Counted from the first letter of the stretch, positions 7,373 to 16,248 are shown. The stretch is DNA of 17,315 nucleotides from a candidate division WOR-3 bacterium (GCA_965648935.1 CBFGIY010000010.1:24421-41735); one strand, 5' to 3'. The notes: generated by a model not told the origin, from the sequence alone. Translations and numbers: made by a program.

Positions 7373-8563
7373 ATGCGCTGGAGTTTCACTTCCGAGTCGG
7401 TCACCGAGGGACACCCAGACAAGGTCTGCGACCGCATCTCAGACGAGGTACTCGATGAGGTGCTGACCGATGACCCCGCGGGCCGGGTCGCCTGCGAGAC
7501 ATTCGTCACAGTCGGGATGGTTCTCGTCGGCGGCGAGATAACCACGACGAGCTACATCGACCTGCCGCGGCTTGTGCGGCGAGTCCTGCGCGACATCGGC
7601 TACGTTTCACCTGAGAGCGGGTTGAGCGCGGACGGGTGTTCGGTGCTCAACGTCATCGGCCGGCAATCGCCCGACATCGCTCAGGGTGTCGAAACCGGAG
7701 GGGCCGGTGATCAGGGTGTGATGTTCGGCTATGCCTGCCGCGAGACGCCCGAGATGATGCCCCTTCCCATATCTCTGGCCCACCGCCTCGCGCGGCGCCT
7801 TGCCGAGGTACGCAAGTCGGGCGAGATTGACTGGCTCTATCCCGACGGCAAGAGCCAGGTCACGATCGAGTATGTGGACCGCAAGCCGGTGCGCGTCGAC
7901 TCGATTGTGCTGGCGGCTCAGCACTCCGAGCGGGTACTGGACCGGTCCGGACGGAGCATGACGCGCGACGCCCGAACCCGGCTGATCGAGGCGGTTGTAA
8001 CTCCGGTTGTTGACCCGGCACTCATTGACCGTCGCACCCGGTACTACATCAACGAGACCGGCAGGTTCGTCACGGGCGGGCCCCAGTCCGACACCGGCAT
8101 GACCGGCCGCAAGATAATCGTCGACACCTACGGCGGCCGCTGCCCGCACGGCGGCGGCGCCTTCTCCGGCAAGGACCCGAGCAAGGTCGACCGTTCCGCG
8201 ACCTATATGGCTCGCTACATCGCCAAGAACTGCGTGGCGGCCGGGCTGTGCGACGAGATACAGGTGCGTCTGGCTTACGTCATAGGCCGGGCCGATCCAA
8301 CCGACGTGTGGGTCGACACCTTCGGCACCGGCAGGATCGAGGACGCGCGGCTGGTCGAGGTGATACGCGAGCTGTTCCCCCTGACACCACGCGCGATGAT
8401 CGACCACCTCGACCTGCAGCGGCCGATCTACGCTCCGACTGCTGCCTACGGTCACTTCGGCCGCAAGAGCTGCCGTGTTCGCGCGGCCGACGGCAAGCAG
8501 GCTCAGCTCTTCACCTGGGAGCGCACTGACATGACCGCCGAACTCAAGCGCGTCGCGCGCTAG
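7373..8563 (+). CDS. metK: S-adenosylmethionine synthetase
   Basis: [45 protein letters not shown] and [25 protein letters not shown] at 7363-7369 fixes ATG 7373 rather than 7208. Confidence 0.97.
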   Translation: MRWSFTSESVTEGHPDKVCDRISDEVLDEVLTDDPAGRVACETFVTVGMVLVGGEITTTSYIDLPRLVRRVLRDIGYVSPESGLSADGCSVLNVIGRQSPDIAQGVETGGAGDQGVMFGYACRETPEMMPLPISLAHRLARRLAEVRKSGEIDWLYPDGKSQVTIEYVDRKPVRVDSIVLAAQHSERVLDRSGRSMTRDARTRLIEAVVTPVVDPALIDRRTRYYINETGRFVTGGPQSDTGMTGRKIIVDTYGGRCPHGGGAFSGKDPSKVDRSATYMARYIAKNCVAAGLCDEIQVRLAYVIGRADPTDVWVDTFGTGRIEDARLVEVIRELFPLTPRAMIDHLDLQRPIYAPTAAYGHFGRKSCRVRAADGKQAQLFTWERTDMTAELKRVAR

Positions 8564-8578
8564 AATGGAGTTTTCGAA

Positions 8579-9835
8579 TTGAACTGCGACATTCGCGATC
8601 TCAAGCTCGCACCGGCCGGAGAGAAACGCATCGCCTGGGCCGGCCGGTTCATGCCGGTCCTGCGCGCGATCGGCGATAGGTTCGGCAGGCAGCGTCCCCT
8701 GAAAGGGGTACGGATGAGCTGCTGTCTGCACGTTACGACCGAGACCGCCAACCTGATGCTTGCGCTCAAGGCAGGCGGCGCCGACATCCGGCTCTGCGCC
8801 TCGAACCCGCTGTCGACGCAGGACGACGTAGCAGCGGCCCTCGTCAAGAACCATGGCATACCGGTCTTTGCCATCAAGGGCGAGAACCGGCGCCAGTACT
8901 ACGCGCACATCGAAGCCGCACTCGGCCACGACCCTGTCCTGACAACCGATGACGGCGCCGACCTCGTCTCGTTCTTGCACCGGGGCGACGGCAGTAGGCT
9001 GGAGCGGGTCATAGGCGGGACCGAGGAGACCACGACCGGTGTGGTGCGCCTCCGTTCGATGGAACGCGACGGCGTACTGCGCTACCCGATAATCGCGGTG
9101 AACGACTCCGAGACGAAGTTTCTCTTTGACAACCGTTACGGCACCGGCCAGTCGTCGCTCGATGGCATCCTGCGCGCGACGAACTTCCTCTTTGCCGGTT
9201 CGACTGTCGTGGTGTGCGGTTACGGCTGGTGCGGGCGGGGCGTGGCGACCCGCGCCCGCGGGCTTGGGGCAAGCGTTATCGTCACCGAGGTGAATCCGGT
9301 CCGGGCTCTCGAGGCGCGGATGGACGGTCATCGCGTGATGCGGCTGATTGACGCCTGCCGCTTCGGCGACCTCTATGTCACTGTTACCGGGGACATCAAT
9401 GTCATCGACCGCGCTCACTTCAGGGCGATGAAGGATGGCGCCATCATCTGCAACTCGGGCCACTTTGACGCCGAGATAAACAAGGTCGCGCTGGAGAAGC
9501 TCGCCCGGGCGCGGCGCGAGCTCAGGCCATTCTGCGAGGAGTACGAACTTGCGAACGGCCGGCGGATCATCCTGCTTGCGGCTGGACGACTGGTGAATCT
9601 ATCTGCAGCCGAAGGGCACCCGGCAATGGTGATGGACATGTCCTTCGCCAACCAGGCGCTTGCCGCCGAGTACCTGATGAAGCACTCAGGCAAACTCGAG
9701 AACAAGGTGTACAAGCTTCCCGAGGCACTCGACCGCAAGATCGCAGAACTGAAGCTTGCCACGATGGGGGTGCGTATCGACCGGCTTACCCCCGAGCAGG
9801 CTGCCTACATTTCGTCCTGGCAGGCAGGCACCTAG
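8579..9835 (+). CDS. ahcY: Adenosylhomocysteinase (short form)
   Basis: MPVL, LHVTTETA, SNPLSTQDDVA, DDGADL, EETTTGV, KFLFDNRYGTGQS, GYGWCGRG, GRLVNLSAAEGHP and MDMSFANQ. TTG start with a GGAG SD. Confidence 0.97.
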   Translation: MNCDIRDLKLAPAGEKRIAWAGRFMPVLRAIGDRFGRQRPLKGVRMSCCLHVTTETANLMLALKAGGADIRLCASNPLSTQDDVAAALVKNHGIPVFAIKGENRRQYYAHIEAALGHDPVLTTDDGADLVSFLHRGDGSRLERVIGGTEETTTGVVRLRSMERDGVLRYPIIAVNDSETKFLFDNRYGTGQSSLDGILRATNFLFAGSTVVVCGYGWCGRGVATRARGLGASVIVTEVNPVRALEARMDGHRVMRLIDACRFGDLYVTVTGDINVIDRAHFRAMKDGAIICNSGHFDAEINKVALEKLARARRELRPFCEEYELANGRRIILLAAGRLVNLSAAEGHPAMVMDMSFANQALAAEYLMKHSGKLENKVYKLPEALDRKIAELKLATMGVRIDRLTPEQAAYISSWQAGT

Positions 9836-9857
9836 CCCAGCTGCCCGCCGGTTTGCG

Positions 9858-9889
9858 CAATGCGCCCCGGATGTTACCGGGGCGCATTG
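9858..9889. terminator. Perfect 13-bp hairpin after ahcY
   Basis: CAATGCGCCCCGG-ATGTTA-CCGGGGCGCATTG. No immediate U-tract, and the 3' arm overlaps the next -35. Confidence 0.5.
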
Positions 9890-9915
9890 ACTCCGACGCC
9901 CTTTTCTGGTATAAT
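9887..9915 (+). promoter_or_regulatory. Near-consensus sigma70 promoter
   Basis: TTGACT (9887-9892), 17 bp spacer, TATAAT (9910-9915) with extended TG. It faces a gap with no convincing ORF. Confidence 0.85.
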
Positions 9916-9921
9916 TTCTCA

Positions 9922-10133
9922 CTCCGTCGAGCCCGGATCAAGCCCCCGGGTCTTGAATGAGTTGACTGGAAAGAGGGGACGCTTCAGGGAAACCGGTAGG
10001 CATCTCAGGCGATGCGTCTGTATCACTTGAGGAGCTCGTCAGTCCACCCCCTGTCGAGAGTGCCGGGAACCTAGAGGCGTCCCCACGATTGTCTGCTGAA
10101 ACAGAAGTGAAGCGCGCCCATCCGGGCGCGATT
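9922..10133 (+). ncRNA. ssrS: Probable 6S RNA
   Basis: About 210 nt downstream of a consensus promoter. Rod fold with terminal stem GCCCGGAT (9931-9938)/ATCCGGGC (10120-10127), a large unpaired central region, inner stem GGGGACGCTTC (9975-9985)/GAGGCGTCCCC (10074-10084), and CCGGTA/TGCCGG. The CTTGAA and GGGAACCTAGAGG segments resemble 6S RNAs from memory. Not confirmed with a covariance model. Confidence 0.62.
10113..10130. terminator. Hairpin, likely terminator for the convergent rnf operon and/or the ncRNA
   Basis: CGCGCCC-ATCC-GGGCGCG, followed by ATTGTCTTT on + and by CTTCACTTCTGTTT on -. Confidence 0.5.
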
Positions 10134-10149
10134 GTCTTTGTAGCGGGGG

Positions 10150-11160
10150 TCAGGCTACCCGCTGGGCGTGGCCGAGCGCGCCGATGAGGTCGATCGCCTC
10201 AGCCGGGCAGGCATTGCGGCACAGGCCGCAACCGATGCATCTGTCTGTGATGACGCGGTGCTGCTGACTGGCTTCGCCCTCGATGGCCTTGAACTTGCAG
10301 GCGGCGACGCACGAGGCGCAGCCGGTACATTTCGGGTTGATGACCGCCTTGGGACGGCCCGGTGCTCGGTCGATGTAGGAACGGGTCGGGCACTTGTGAA
10401 CGCAGATGCCGCAGTCAATGCACTTCTCGAAGTCCATCACCGGCAGGTTGTCGACCAGCGTGAGCGCGCCGGTCGGGCAGTTCTTGACGCACAGCCCGCA
10501 ACCGATGCAGCCAACCTTGCACACTTCCTTAACCGCCCTGCCTTTGTCATGGGAGGCGCAGGCGAGGATCACGAGCTTCGGCCGGGGCAGGAGCCTCAGC
10601 ACCGACTTGGGGCACTCGCGCACGCAGGCACCGCATCCAGTGCACTTTCTCTCGTCAATGTCCGGCAGGCGGTCCGCGCCCATCGTGATCGCGCGAACCG
10701 GGCAGATGCTGGCGCAGTGGCCCATACCGATACAGCCCCAGGCGCAGGCCTTGGGTCCGCCCAGCAGCAGCGCTGCCTGACGGCAATTGTATGCCCCCTC
10801 GTACTGGAAGCGATCGGCCGCGTGCTCGCTGCCGCCGCGGCAGATGAGCACGGCGACGGGCGGTGTCACGGCCGTGACCTCCTGCCCGAGGATGCGGCCG
10901 ATTTCCCTAGTCACTCCCGGACCGCCGACCGTGCAGGCGTTGGGCGGTGCCTTGCCTGCCGCTACTGCCGCAGCGTAGCCGTCGCACCCAGGGAAGCCGC
11001 ATGCCCCGCAGTTAGCTCCGGGCAGGGCAGCGCGTATCGCGGTTTCGCGTTCGTCGACTTTCACGGCCAGCTTGATCGAGGCGACGAGCAGAATCAGGGC
11101 AATCAACAGACCCAAGCCGCCCAGCCCGGCCACCGCCTTAAGAGCCAATGCCCAGTCCAT
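10150..11160 (-). CDS. rnfB: Rnf complex subunit B (polyferredoxin type)
   Basis: N-terminal membrane anchor, LPGANCGACGFPGC Fe-S domain, and six ferredoxin-like Cys clusters (e.g. CTGCGACVRECP, CIDCGICVHKCP, CIGCGLCRNACP). Confidence 0.93.
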   Translation of the reverse strand: MDWALALKAVAGLGGLGLLIALILLVASIKLAVKVDERETAIRAALPGANCGACGFPGCDGYAAAVAAGKAPPNACTVGGPGVTREIGRILGQEVTAVTPPVAVLICRGGSEHAADRFQYEGAYNCRQAALLLGGPKACAWGCIGMGHCASICPVRAITMGADRLPDIDERKCTGCGACVRECPKSVLRLLPRPKLVILACASHDKGRAVKEVCKVGCIGCGLCVKNCPTGALTLVDNLPVMDFEKCIDCGICVHKCPTRSYIDRAPGRPKAVINPKCTGCASCVAACKFKAIEGEASQQHRVITDRCIGCGLCRNACPAEAIDLIGALGHAQRVA

Positions 11161-11750
11161 CAGAAGGATATCTTGAAAAGCGCTGTGAAACCCATGAACG
11201 CCAGCGACACCAGCGACGCTGCGACGAACGCTATCGGGTATCCTTTGAAAGCGGGCGATACAGGCGCGTCATCAAGTCGCTCGCGGATTGCAGCGAAGAG
11301 GACCAGGACCAATGCGAAACCGAGGCCCGAGCCGATTGCGAACACAGTGGCCTGCAATATGCCAAACGAGTAGTCGATATTGAGGAATGTGACGCCAAGA
11401 ATGGCGCAGTTGGTCGTTATCAGCGGCAGGTAGATGCCCATCGCCGAGTAGAGGGTTCGGACGTACTTCTTGAGGAACATCTCGACAAACTGAACCAGTC
11501 CGGCAATGACGATGATGAACACGGCGGTGCGCAGGAAGACCAGGTTAAGCGGCAGCAAGACCGCGTGATAGAGCAGCCAGCTGACCCAGGCGGCCAGCAT
11601 CATGACGAAGATCACCGCCGCGCTCATCCCGGTCGCGGTCGAGACCGATGTCGAAACCCCGAAGAAAGGACAGAGCCCGATGAAGCGCATCAGCAGGATG
11701 TTATTGACGAGGAAAGCGCCAAGAAAAATCTGTGCCGGGTTCAGTTTCAC
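11160..11750 (-). CDS. rnfA: Rnf complex subunit A
   Basis: NNILLMRFIGLCPFFGVS, LPLITTNCAILG, IRERL and LAFMGF. Hydrophobic. Confidence 0.95.
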   Translation of the reverse strand: MKLNPAQIFLGAFLVNNILLMRFIGLCPFFGVSTSVSTATGMSAAVIFVMMLAAWVSWLLYHAVLLPLNLVFLRTAVFIIVIAGLVQFVEMFLKKYVRTLYSAMGIYLPLITTNCAILGVTFLNIDYSFGILQATVFAIGSGLGFALVLVLFAAIRERLDDAPVSPAFKGYPIAFVAASLVSLAFMGFTALFKISF

Positions 11751-11751
11751 T

Positions 11752-12372
11752 TCATCTCACCTTGCGTGGCTGGGACAGCTTGTTCAGCAGGGCCTTGAGA
11801 ATGCCGATTAGGAGAAAGGCTCCGGGCGAGAACACCATAATCAGCGCGGGCGATTCGCGGAACCCGGCCGGCATTACCGGCAGTGCAAACCACGTGCCGG
11901 CGGCCAGCAGTTCGCGAATCGAGCCCATCAAGAACAGCACGAGCGCGAGGCCGAGCGATTTGCCCAGTCCGTCCAGCACCGAATCGAGTATGCCGTGGTG
12001 GTAGGCGAAGGCCTCGGCCCGGCCGAGGATGATGCAGTTTACCACGATCAGCGGGACGAACACGCCCAGTACCGAGTAGAGAGCCGGCTGGTATGCCTGA
12101 AGCACGTAGTCGATGATCGTAACGAAGGTCGAGATGATGATGATGAAAATCGGTATGCGGATTGACTCGGGTACCAGGCGACGAACAAGCGAAACGACGA
12201 AGTTCGACCCCAGCAGCACGAAGGATGCGGCTGCGGCCATGCCGAGTCCGTCACGCGCCGATGTAGTGGTCGCGAGCACAGGACACAGCCCGATCATCAG
12301 CACGAGAACTGGATTCTCTTTGAGGATGCCGCTTGTCAGGTAGGCGATGCGCGAAGGCTTGCGCTGATTCAT
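11752..12372 (-). CDS. rnfE: Rnf complex subunit E
   Basis: ENPVLVLMIGLCPVLA, IRIP, PLIVVNCIILGRAEAFA, IRELL and PGAF. Confidence 0.95.
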   Translation of the reverse strand: MNQRKPSRIAYLTSGILKENPVLVLMIGLCPVLATTTSARDGLGMAAAASFVLLGSNFVVSLVRRLVPESIRIPIFIIIISTFVTIIDYVLQAYQPALYSVLGVFVPLIVVNCIILGRAEAFAYHHGILDSVLDGLGKSLGLALVLFLMGSIRELLAAGTWFALPVMPAGFRESPALIMVFSPGAFLLIGILKALLNKLSQPRKVR

Positions 12373-12902
12373 TGTCCGAGATGGTCGGCGTATCTCTCCA
12401 ACGCCGCGCTCAATCCATTAGCTATAGCCCGCGAGGTGATCGTTGCAGCGCTGATTGCGTCGACCGTGCCGCCGTCCTTGCGCAACCGGACCTCGACCGC
12501 GGTCTTGCCCGCAAACTGCTCACGGAACCGGGGTTCGAGCGCCTTGAGCCCAAGTCCGGGCGTTTCCTTGAGGCCCTGCGCAGCGACAATCACCGCGAAG
12601 ACCCGCCCGTCAAGTCCGACGCCCGCCATTGTTACTACCGGGCCCGCGTAGCCGCGCGGCGCGGTGCGCAGTACGATGCCGACCTTCTGACCGGCCGAAT
12701 CGAGCCCGTACCACAGCGAATCCGGGATGATCGGCTCGAAATGGTGCGCCGCAGGCAATGCCTCAGACAGCGCCCTTGTGACCGCATCCGCGGCCTGCCT
12801 ATCGATGACCGGCCTGGTGATACCGTAGACGGCGGCCAGGGCGACAGCCGCGACAACGCAGGTCAAGACGAGCGAAAGCACCATCCAGACGCGGCCTGTC
12901 AT
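12369..12902 (-). CDS. rnfG: Rnf complex subunit G
   Basis: N-terminal TM helix, GYAGPV, ETPGLG and FMN-attachment motif DAISAATITS. Confidence 0.92.
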   Translation of the reverse strand: MTGRVWMVLSLVLTCVVAAVALAAVYGITRPVIDRQAADAVTRALSEALPAAHHFEPIIPDSLWYGLDSAGQKVGIVLRTAPRGYAGPVVTMAGVGLDGRVFAVIVAAQGLKETPGLGLKALEPRFREQFAGKTAVEVRLRKDGGTVDAISAATITSRAIANGLSAALERYADHLGQ

Positions 12903-13924
12903 CGCGCTGCCTTTCGGGCACCGAAGAGCCGCGGCCGCGTCAGGCGGTCAATAAAGGGGGTCGCGACGTTCATTAGCAATATGGCGTAGGATACGCCCTC
13001 TGGGAAACCTCCCCAAAGACGGATCGTAACCGTCAGGAGGCCGCAGCCGATACCGAACACGATACGGCCGTTGCCGGTGATAGGCGATGTGACGTAGTCA
13101 GTGGCCATAAAGAACGCGCCGAGCATCAGCCCACCCGAGAAAAGGTGAAACAGCACGTAATTGGGCAGGGCCGACTTGGGGCCGGGCAGAGCAAGGACCA
13201 GGAGAGCGACAGTGGAGATGTAGGCGAGTGGTATGCGCCAGTCGACTACACGCAGGATCACCAGCGCAAGCCCGCCTATTAGCAGTGCCGGGGCCGAGGT
13301 CTCACCGACGCAGCCGCCGACTTGACCCCAGAAGAGCCTGCCAATCACCGGCCAGGATTGGACCCGGACTAGCAGTGCGGCCGGGTCTCCGGCCGCACCG
13401 GCTATCTCGTGCGCGTTCTTGAGCATGCCCAGCGGCGTTGCGGCCGATACGGCGTCGATGCCGGAAATGGAGCCGCCGCTTGGCGCAAGCCAGCGCGCGG
13501 TCATCAGTCCGGGCCATGATGCCATCAGGAGGGCACGACCGGCAAGTGCCGGGTTGACGAAGTTATGCCCCAACCCGCCGAAGAAGCCCTTGGCGACAAT
13601 GACCGCGAAGCCAGAACCGACCACCGGTATCCACCACGGCACACCGGGTGGCAGGTTGAAGGCAAGCAGAAGTCCTGTCAGTGCGGCCGAGCCATCGGTC
13701 ACGGTCACGCGCCGGCCGAACGCGCGCTGAGTGACCGCTTCGAAGCCAACAGCCGATGCGACCGACAGCCCAACGAGCAAGAGTGAACGCAGCCCGAAGA
13801 ACCACACCGAGGCCCCCAAGGCCGGCAGGAGCGCGATGCAAACGAGCCACATTATACGGCTCACGGTTACCGGCGAGCGCAGGTGAGGTGAGGCCGATAC
13901 TGCCATCAGTCGGGTCTCGCTCAT
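12899..13924 (-). CDS. rnfD: Rnf complex subunit D
   Basis: SPHLR, DGSAALTGLLLA, FGGLGHNFVNPALAGR, FMN motif SAATPL, GETS and FFMATDYVTSP. ATG 13924 overlaps the rnfC stop (ATGA). Confidence 0.95.
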   Translation of the reverse strand: MSETRLMAVSASPHLRSPVTVSRIMWLVCIALLPALGASVWFFGLRSLLLVGLSVASAVGFEAVTQRAFGRRVTVTDGSAALTGLLLAFNLPPGVPWWIPVVGSGFAVIVAKGFFGGLGHNFVNPALAGRALLMASWPGLMTARWLAPSGGSISGIDAVSAATPLGMLKNAHEIAGAAGDPAALLVRVQSWPVIGRLFWGQVGGCVGETSAPALLIGGLALVILRVVDWRIPLAYISTVALLVLALPGPKSALPNYVLFHLFSGGLMLGAFFMATDYVTSPITGNGRIVFGIGCGLLTVTIRLWGGFPEGVSYAILLMNVATPFIDRLTRPRLFGARKAAR

Positions 13925-15231
13925 TGTCTTGACTTCCTGCGTGCCTGGATCTCGCTCTTGGCGTGCCGGAACCGGTGTACCAGCCTTATCTTGGCAGGAC
14001 AGGCATAGGCGCAGCAACCGCACTCGATGCAGTCCATCACGTGGTCTCGCTCGGCGGCATCGAGCCGCTTGCGCAACGCATGGTAATACAGCCGCTGCGG
14101 GGCGAGACCCATCGGGCAGGCGCGGATGCAGGAACCGCACCTAATGCAGTCCTGTTCTTCGGGTTCGATTGCTGCGCGCTCGTCCAGCACTAGGATTCCG
14201 GAAGTGCCCTTCAGCACCGGCACATCGTCAGTACTGACCGCGACGCCCATCATCGGCCCGCCCATGACCAGTTTCGCGGCGCGGCCGCGATAGCCGCCGC
14301 AGAACTTGACGAGACTCCGGACCGGCGTGCCGATACGTACGCGCAGGTTTTTGGGTTCGACGATAGCAGTTCCGGTCACCGTGGTCACTCGCTCAATCAG
14401 CGGTCGGTTGAACCGTAGGGCGTCGCGCACTGCAACGGCAGTGCCCACGTTCTGCACCACGCAGCCGACATCCATCGGCAGTCCACCGCTCGGAACCTCG
14501 CGGCCGAGGCAGGCTTTGATAAGCTGCTTCTCCGCGCCCTGCGGGTACTTCGTCCGAAGCTTACGTACTTCGAAGCCCACTGCAACAGCACGAACGCGCT
14601 CCAACGCATCAGGCTTGTTGTCCTCTATGGCGATGAGAACACGCTCTACGCCAAGAGCCCGGGCGAGAATGCGCGCGCCCTCGACTAGCTCATCAGGTTG
14701 CTCCAGCATCAGGCGATGGTCCGCGGTCAGGAAGGGTTCGCATTCACAGCCATTGATGAGCAGGCAGTCGATACGCTTGTCTTTGGGCGGGTCCAGCTTG
14801 AAGTGGGTCGGGAAGGCCGCCCCGCCCATACCAACCACCCCGGCTGCGCGAATGGCGTCAATGATCTGTCGCCGGGTGAAGTCCGAGTAGTCACGCTCAC
14901 CGATACCGCTAGCGAGCGTGTCGCAGCCGTCAGATTCGATAGCAACTGTCACTACCCGCTGTCCCGTGAACGGGTGCGGCAGGTGGCCAACTTCGACGAT
15001 TCGGCCCGAGACAGAGGAATGGGTCGGCACCGACACCGCGCCAGAGGCTTCGCCTATCACAGCACCGGTCTTCACCTCGTCGCCCTTGGCGACGACAGGT
15101 TTGGATGGCGCACCGATGTGTTGAGACATCGGTATGTAGACTCGTTCAGGAAGGGGTAACGACTCGACCGGCTTGTGCTCGGTCGAGCGCTTGTGTTCTT
15201 TCGGGTGAACGCCGCCTCGGAAAGCGTGCAT
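13921..15231 (-). CDS. rnfC: Rnf complex subunit C
   Basis: FRGGVHP, QHIGAP, AGVVGMGGAAFPTH, NGCECEPFLTADH, KYPQGAEK, GGPMMG and two 4Fe-4S motifs. Start placed at ATG 15231. Confidence 0.95.
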   Translation of the reverse strand: MHAFRGGVHPKEHKRSTEHKPVESLPLPERVYIPMSQHIGAPSKPVVAKGDEVKTGAVIGEASGAVSVPTHSSVSGRIVEVGHLPHPFTGQRVVTVAIESDGCDTLASGIGERDYSDFTRRQIIDAIRAAGVVGMGGAAFPTHFKLDPPKDKRIDCLLINGCECEPFLTADHRLMLEQPDELVEGARILARALGVERVLIAIEDNKPDALERVRAVAVGFEVRKLRTKYPQGAEKQLIKACLGREVPSGGLPMDVGCVVQNVGTAVAVRDALRFNRPLIERVTTVTGTAIVEPKNLRVRIGTPVRSLVKFCGGYRGRAAKLVMGGPMMGVAVSTDDVPVLKGTSGILVLDERAAIEPEEQDCIRCGSCIRACPMGLAPQRLYYHALRKRLDAAERDHVMDCIECGCCAYACPAKIRLVHRFRHAKSEIQARRKSRQ

Positions 15232-15239
15232 CGGGCCGG

Positions 15240-15267
15240 ATTCTAGTCCGGCGACTCGGCAAGTCAA
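15240..15267 (-). promoter_or_regulatory. Putative sigma70 promoter of the rnf operon (leaderless or nearly so)
   Basis: TTGACT (15267-15262), 16 bp spacer, TAGAAT (15245-15240), then 8 nt to ATG. No SD. Confidence 0.65.
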
Positions 15268-15294
15268 GGGCTCGATTGCAGAGTGTGGCGGAAT

Positions 15295-15963
15295 CTAGAA
15301 GTGATAGCTGAACACGCCCTTGGACTCCGATATGTCGCCGCGCGCAGTGAGCGTGTCAATAATGCGTTCGATGTCCTCGCGCGTCAGCGTTTTCTGAAAC
15401 ATGGCGGAGATCGCCTGCGCCAGAGTCTTGCGCTTCCGCGGGCGGGAGCGTTTGTCGGAGCGCCCCAGAACCTCCTTCACTCGCGCGACGTTGGGGTCGT
15501 CTGCGGCATGACCGGTTCGGTGCGTTTGGTTCCTTAAGGCGACAGGGGGCGCACCCAGTTCCGCAAGGTTTCCTACGCGGCGACACTTCATACCCGCTGC
15601 GTTGAGGTGCTTAAGCAGAGGGTCAAAACCCTTGTCCATCGACAGCACAATGCACTCAGGACGCGGCGAGCGCTCAAAGACCCGACCGAGATGCCACGCG
15701 ATGAAGAAATCAAGCGCGTTGCGTCCCTCACCTGTGACCTTCTGCCACTCGACGCGCTTGCCGAGCCTCTGGGTTGCGGTCACAAGCTCGATAGGCACGC
15801 TCTTCTGGCTCAGACCGACAAAGATGATGATGCGGTAGCTGTCATCGATGCGCGAAAGGTCCGCTCTAGGCACATTCTCAAAATCGACCAGTAGCAGCTT
15901 GGGCCGGGCGGAGTCCGCCGAGTCATGAGCGTGCATGCGGTTGGTTGTCTTAGGTTGATTCAC
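15295..15963 (-). CDS. PIN-domain protein (PIN7/NYN-like) with a C-terminal helical domain
   Basis: Acidic PIN-like motifs LLLVDFENV, NALDFFIA and LSMDKGFDPL, then a basic RPRKRKTL C-terminal domain. Start is GTG 15963 or ATG 15936. Confidence 0.8.
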   Translation of the reverse strand: MNQPKTTNRMHAHDSADSARPKLLLVDFENVPRADLSRIDDSYRIIIFVGLSQKSVPIELVTATQRLGKRVEWQKVTGEGRNALDFFIAWHLGRVFERSPRPECIVLSMDKGFDPLLKHLNAAGMKCRRVGNLAELGAPPVALRNQTHRTGHAADDPNVARVKEVLGRSDKRSRPRKRKTLAQAISAMFQKTLTREDIERIIDTLTARGDISESKGVFSYHF

Positions 15964-15969
15964 GTCGGC

Positions 15970-15998
15970 AGTCTAGAGCAGCAGTTCCACTTCGTCAA
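15970..15998 (-). promoter_or_regulatory. Putative sigma70 promoter giving a leaderless PIN gene
   Basis: TTGACG (15998-15993), 17 bp spacer, TAGACT (15975-15970), then 6 nt to GTG 15963. Confidence 0.6.
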
Positions 15999-16123
15999 GG
16001 GAGGGTCATTCGCGGTGACACGCGAACTCGGAGATGATGGGGAGTATTGTCCTATGGCGCGCCCATCAGTCCGGGAAGGCAATACCCGGTCTTCGTTCTT
16101 GGCGCAGAACTCAGATACAGAAG

Positions 16124-16156
16124 CCTCAGCCCGCCGCGTTCAGCGACGGGCCGAGG
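16124..16156 (-). terminator. Terminator hairpin downstream of tRNA-Asn
   Basis: On - strand CCTCGGCCCGTCGC-TGAAC-GCGGCGGGCTGAGG forms 14 bp with two G-U pairs that work only on this strand, followed by CTTCTGT. Confidence 0.65.
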
Positions 16157-16159
16157 AAG

Positions 16160-16232
16160 CTCCAGCGACAGGGCTCGAACCTGTGACCCTCCGGTTAACA
16201 GCCGGATGCTCTACCAATTGAGCTACGCTGGA
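16160..16232 (-). tRNA. tRNA-Asn (GTT), CCA not encoded
   Basis: TCCAGCG acceptor stem pairs with CGCTGGA, discriminator G. D-arm TAGCTCAATTGGTAGAGC, anticodon arm TCCGG-CTGTTAA-CCGGA, T-arm ACAGG-TTCGAGC-CCTGT. Confidence 0.97.
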
Positions 16233-16248
16233 ATACCCTACGACAGTC

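Noticed and set aside
8561..8566. TAGAAT overlapping the metK stop as an internal ahcY promoter
   Set aside because: There is no TTGAC-like -35 at 16-18 bp. ahcY has an SD and lies 15 bp from metK.
16140..16153. CAGCGACGGGCCGA resembles the tRNA 3' end (att-like duplication)
   Set aside because: It is short, gapped and directly adjacent to the tRNA, and is fully explained as an arm of the terminator hairpin.
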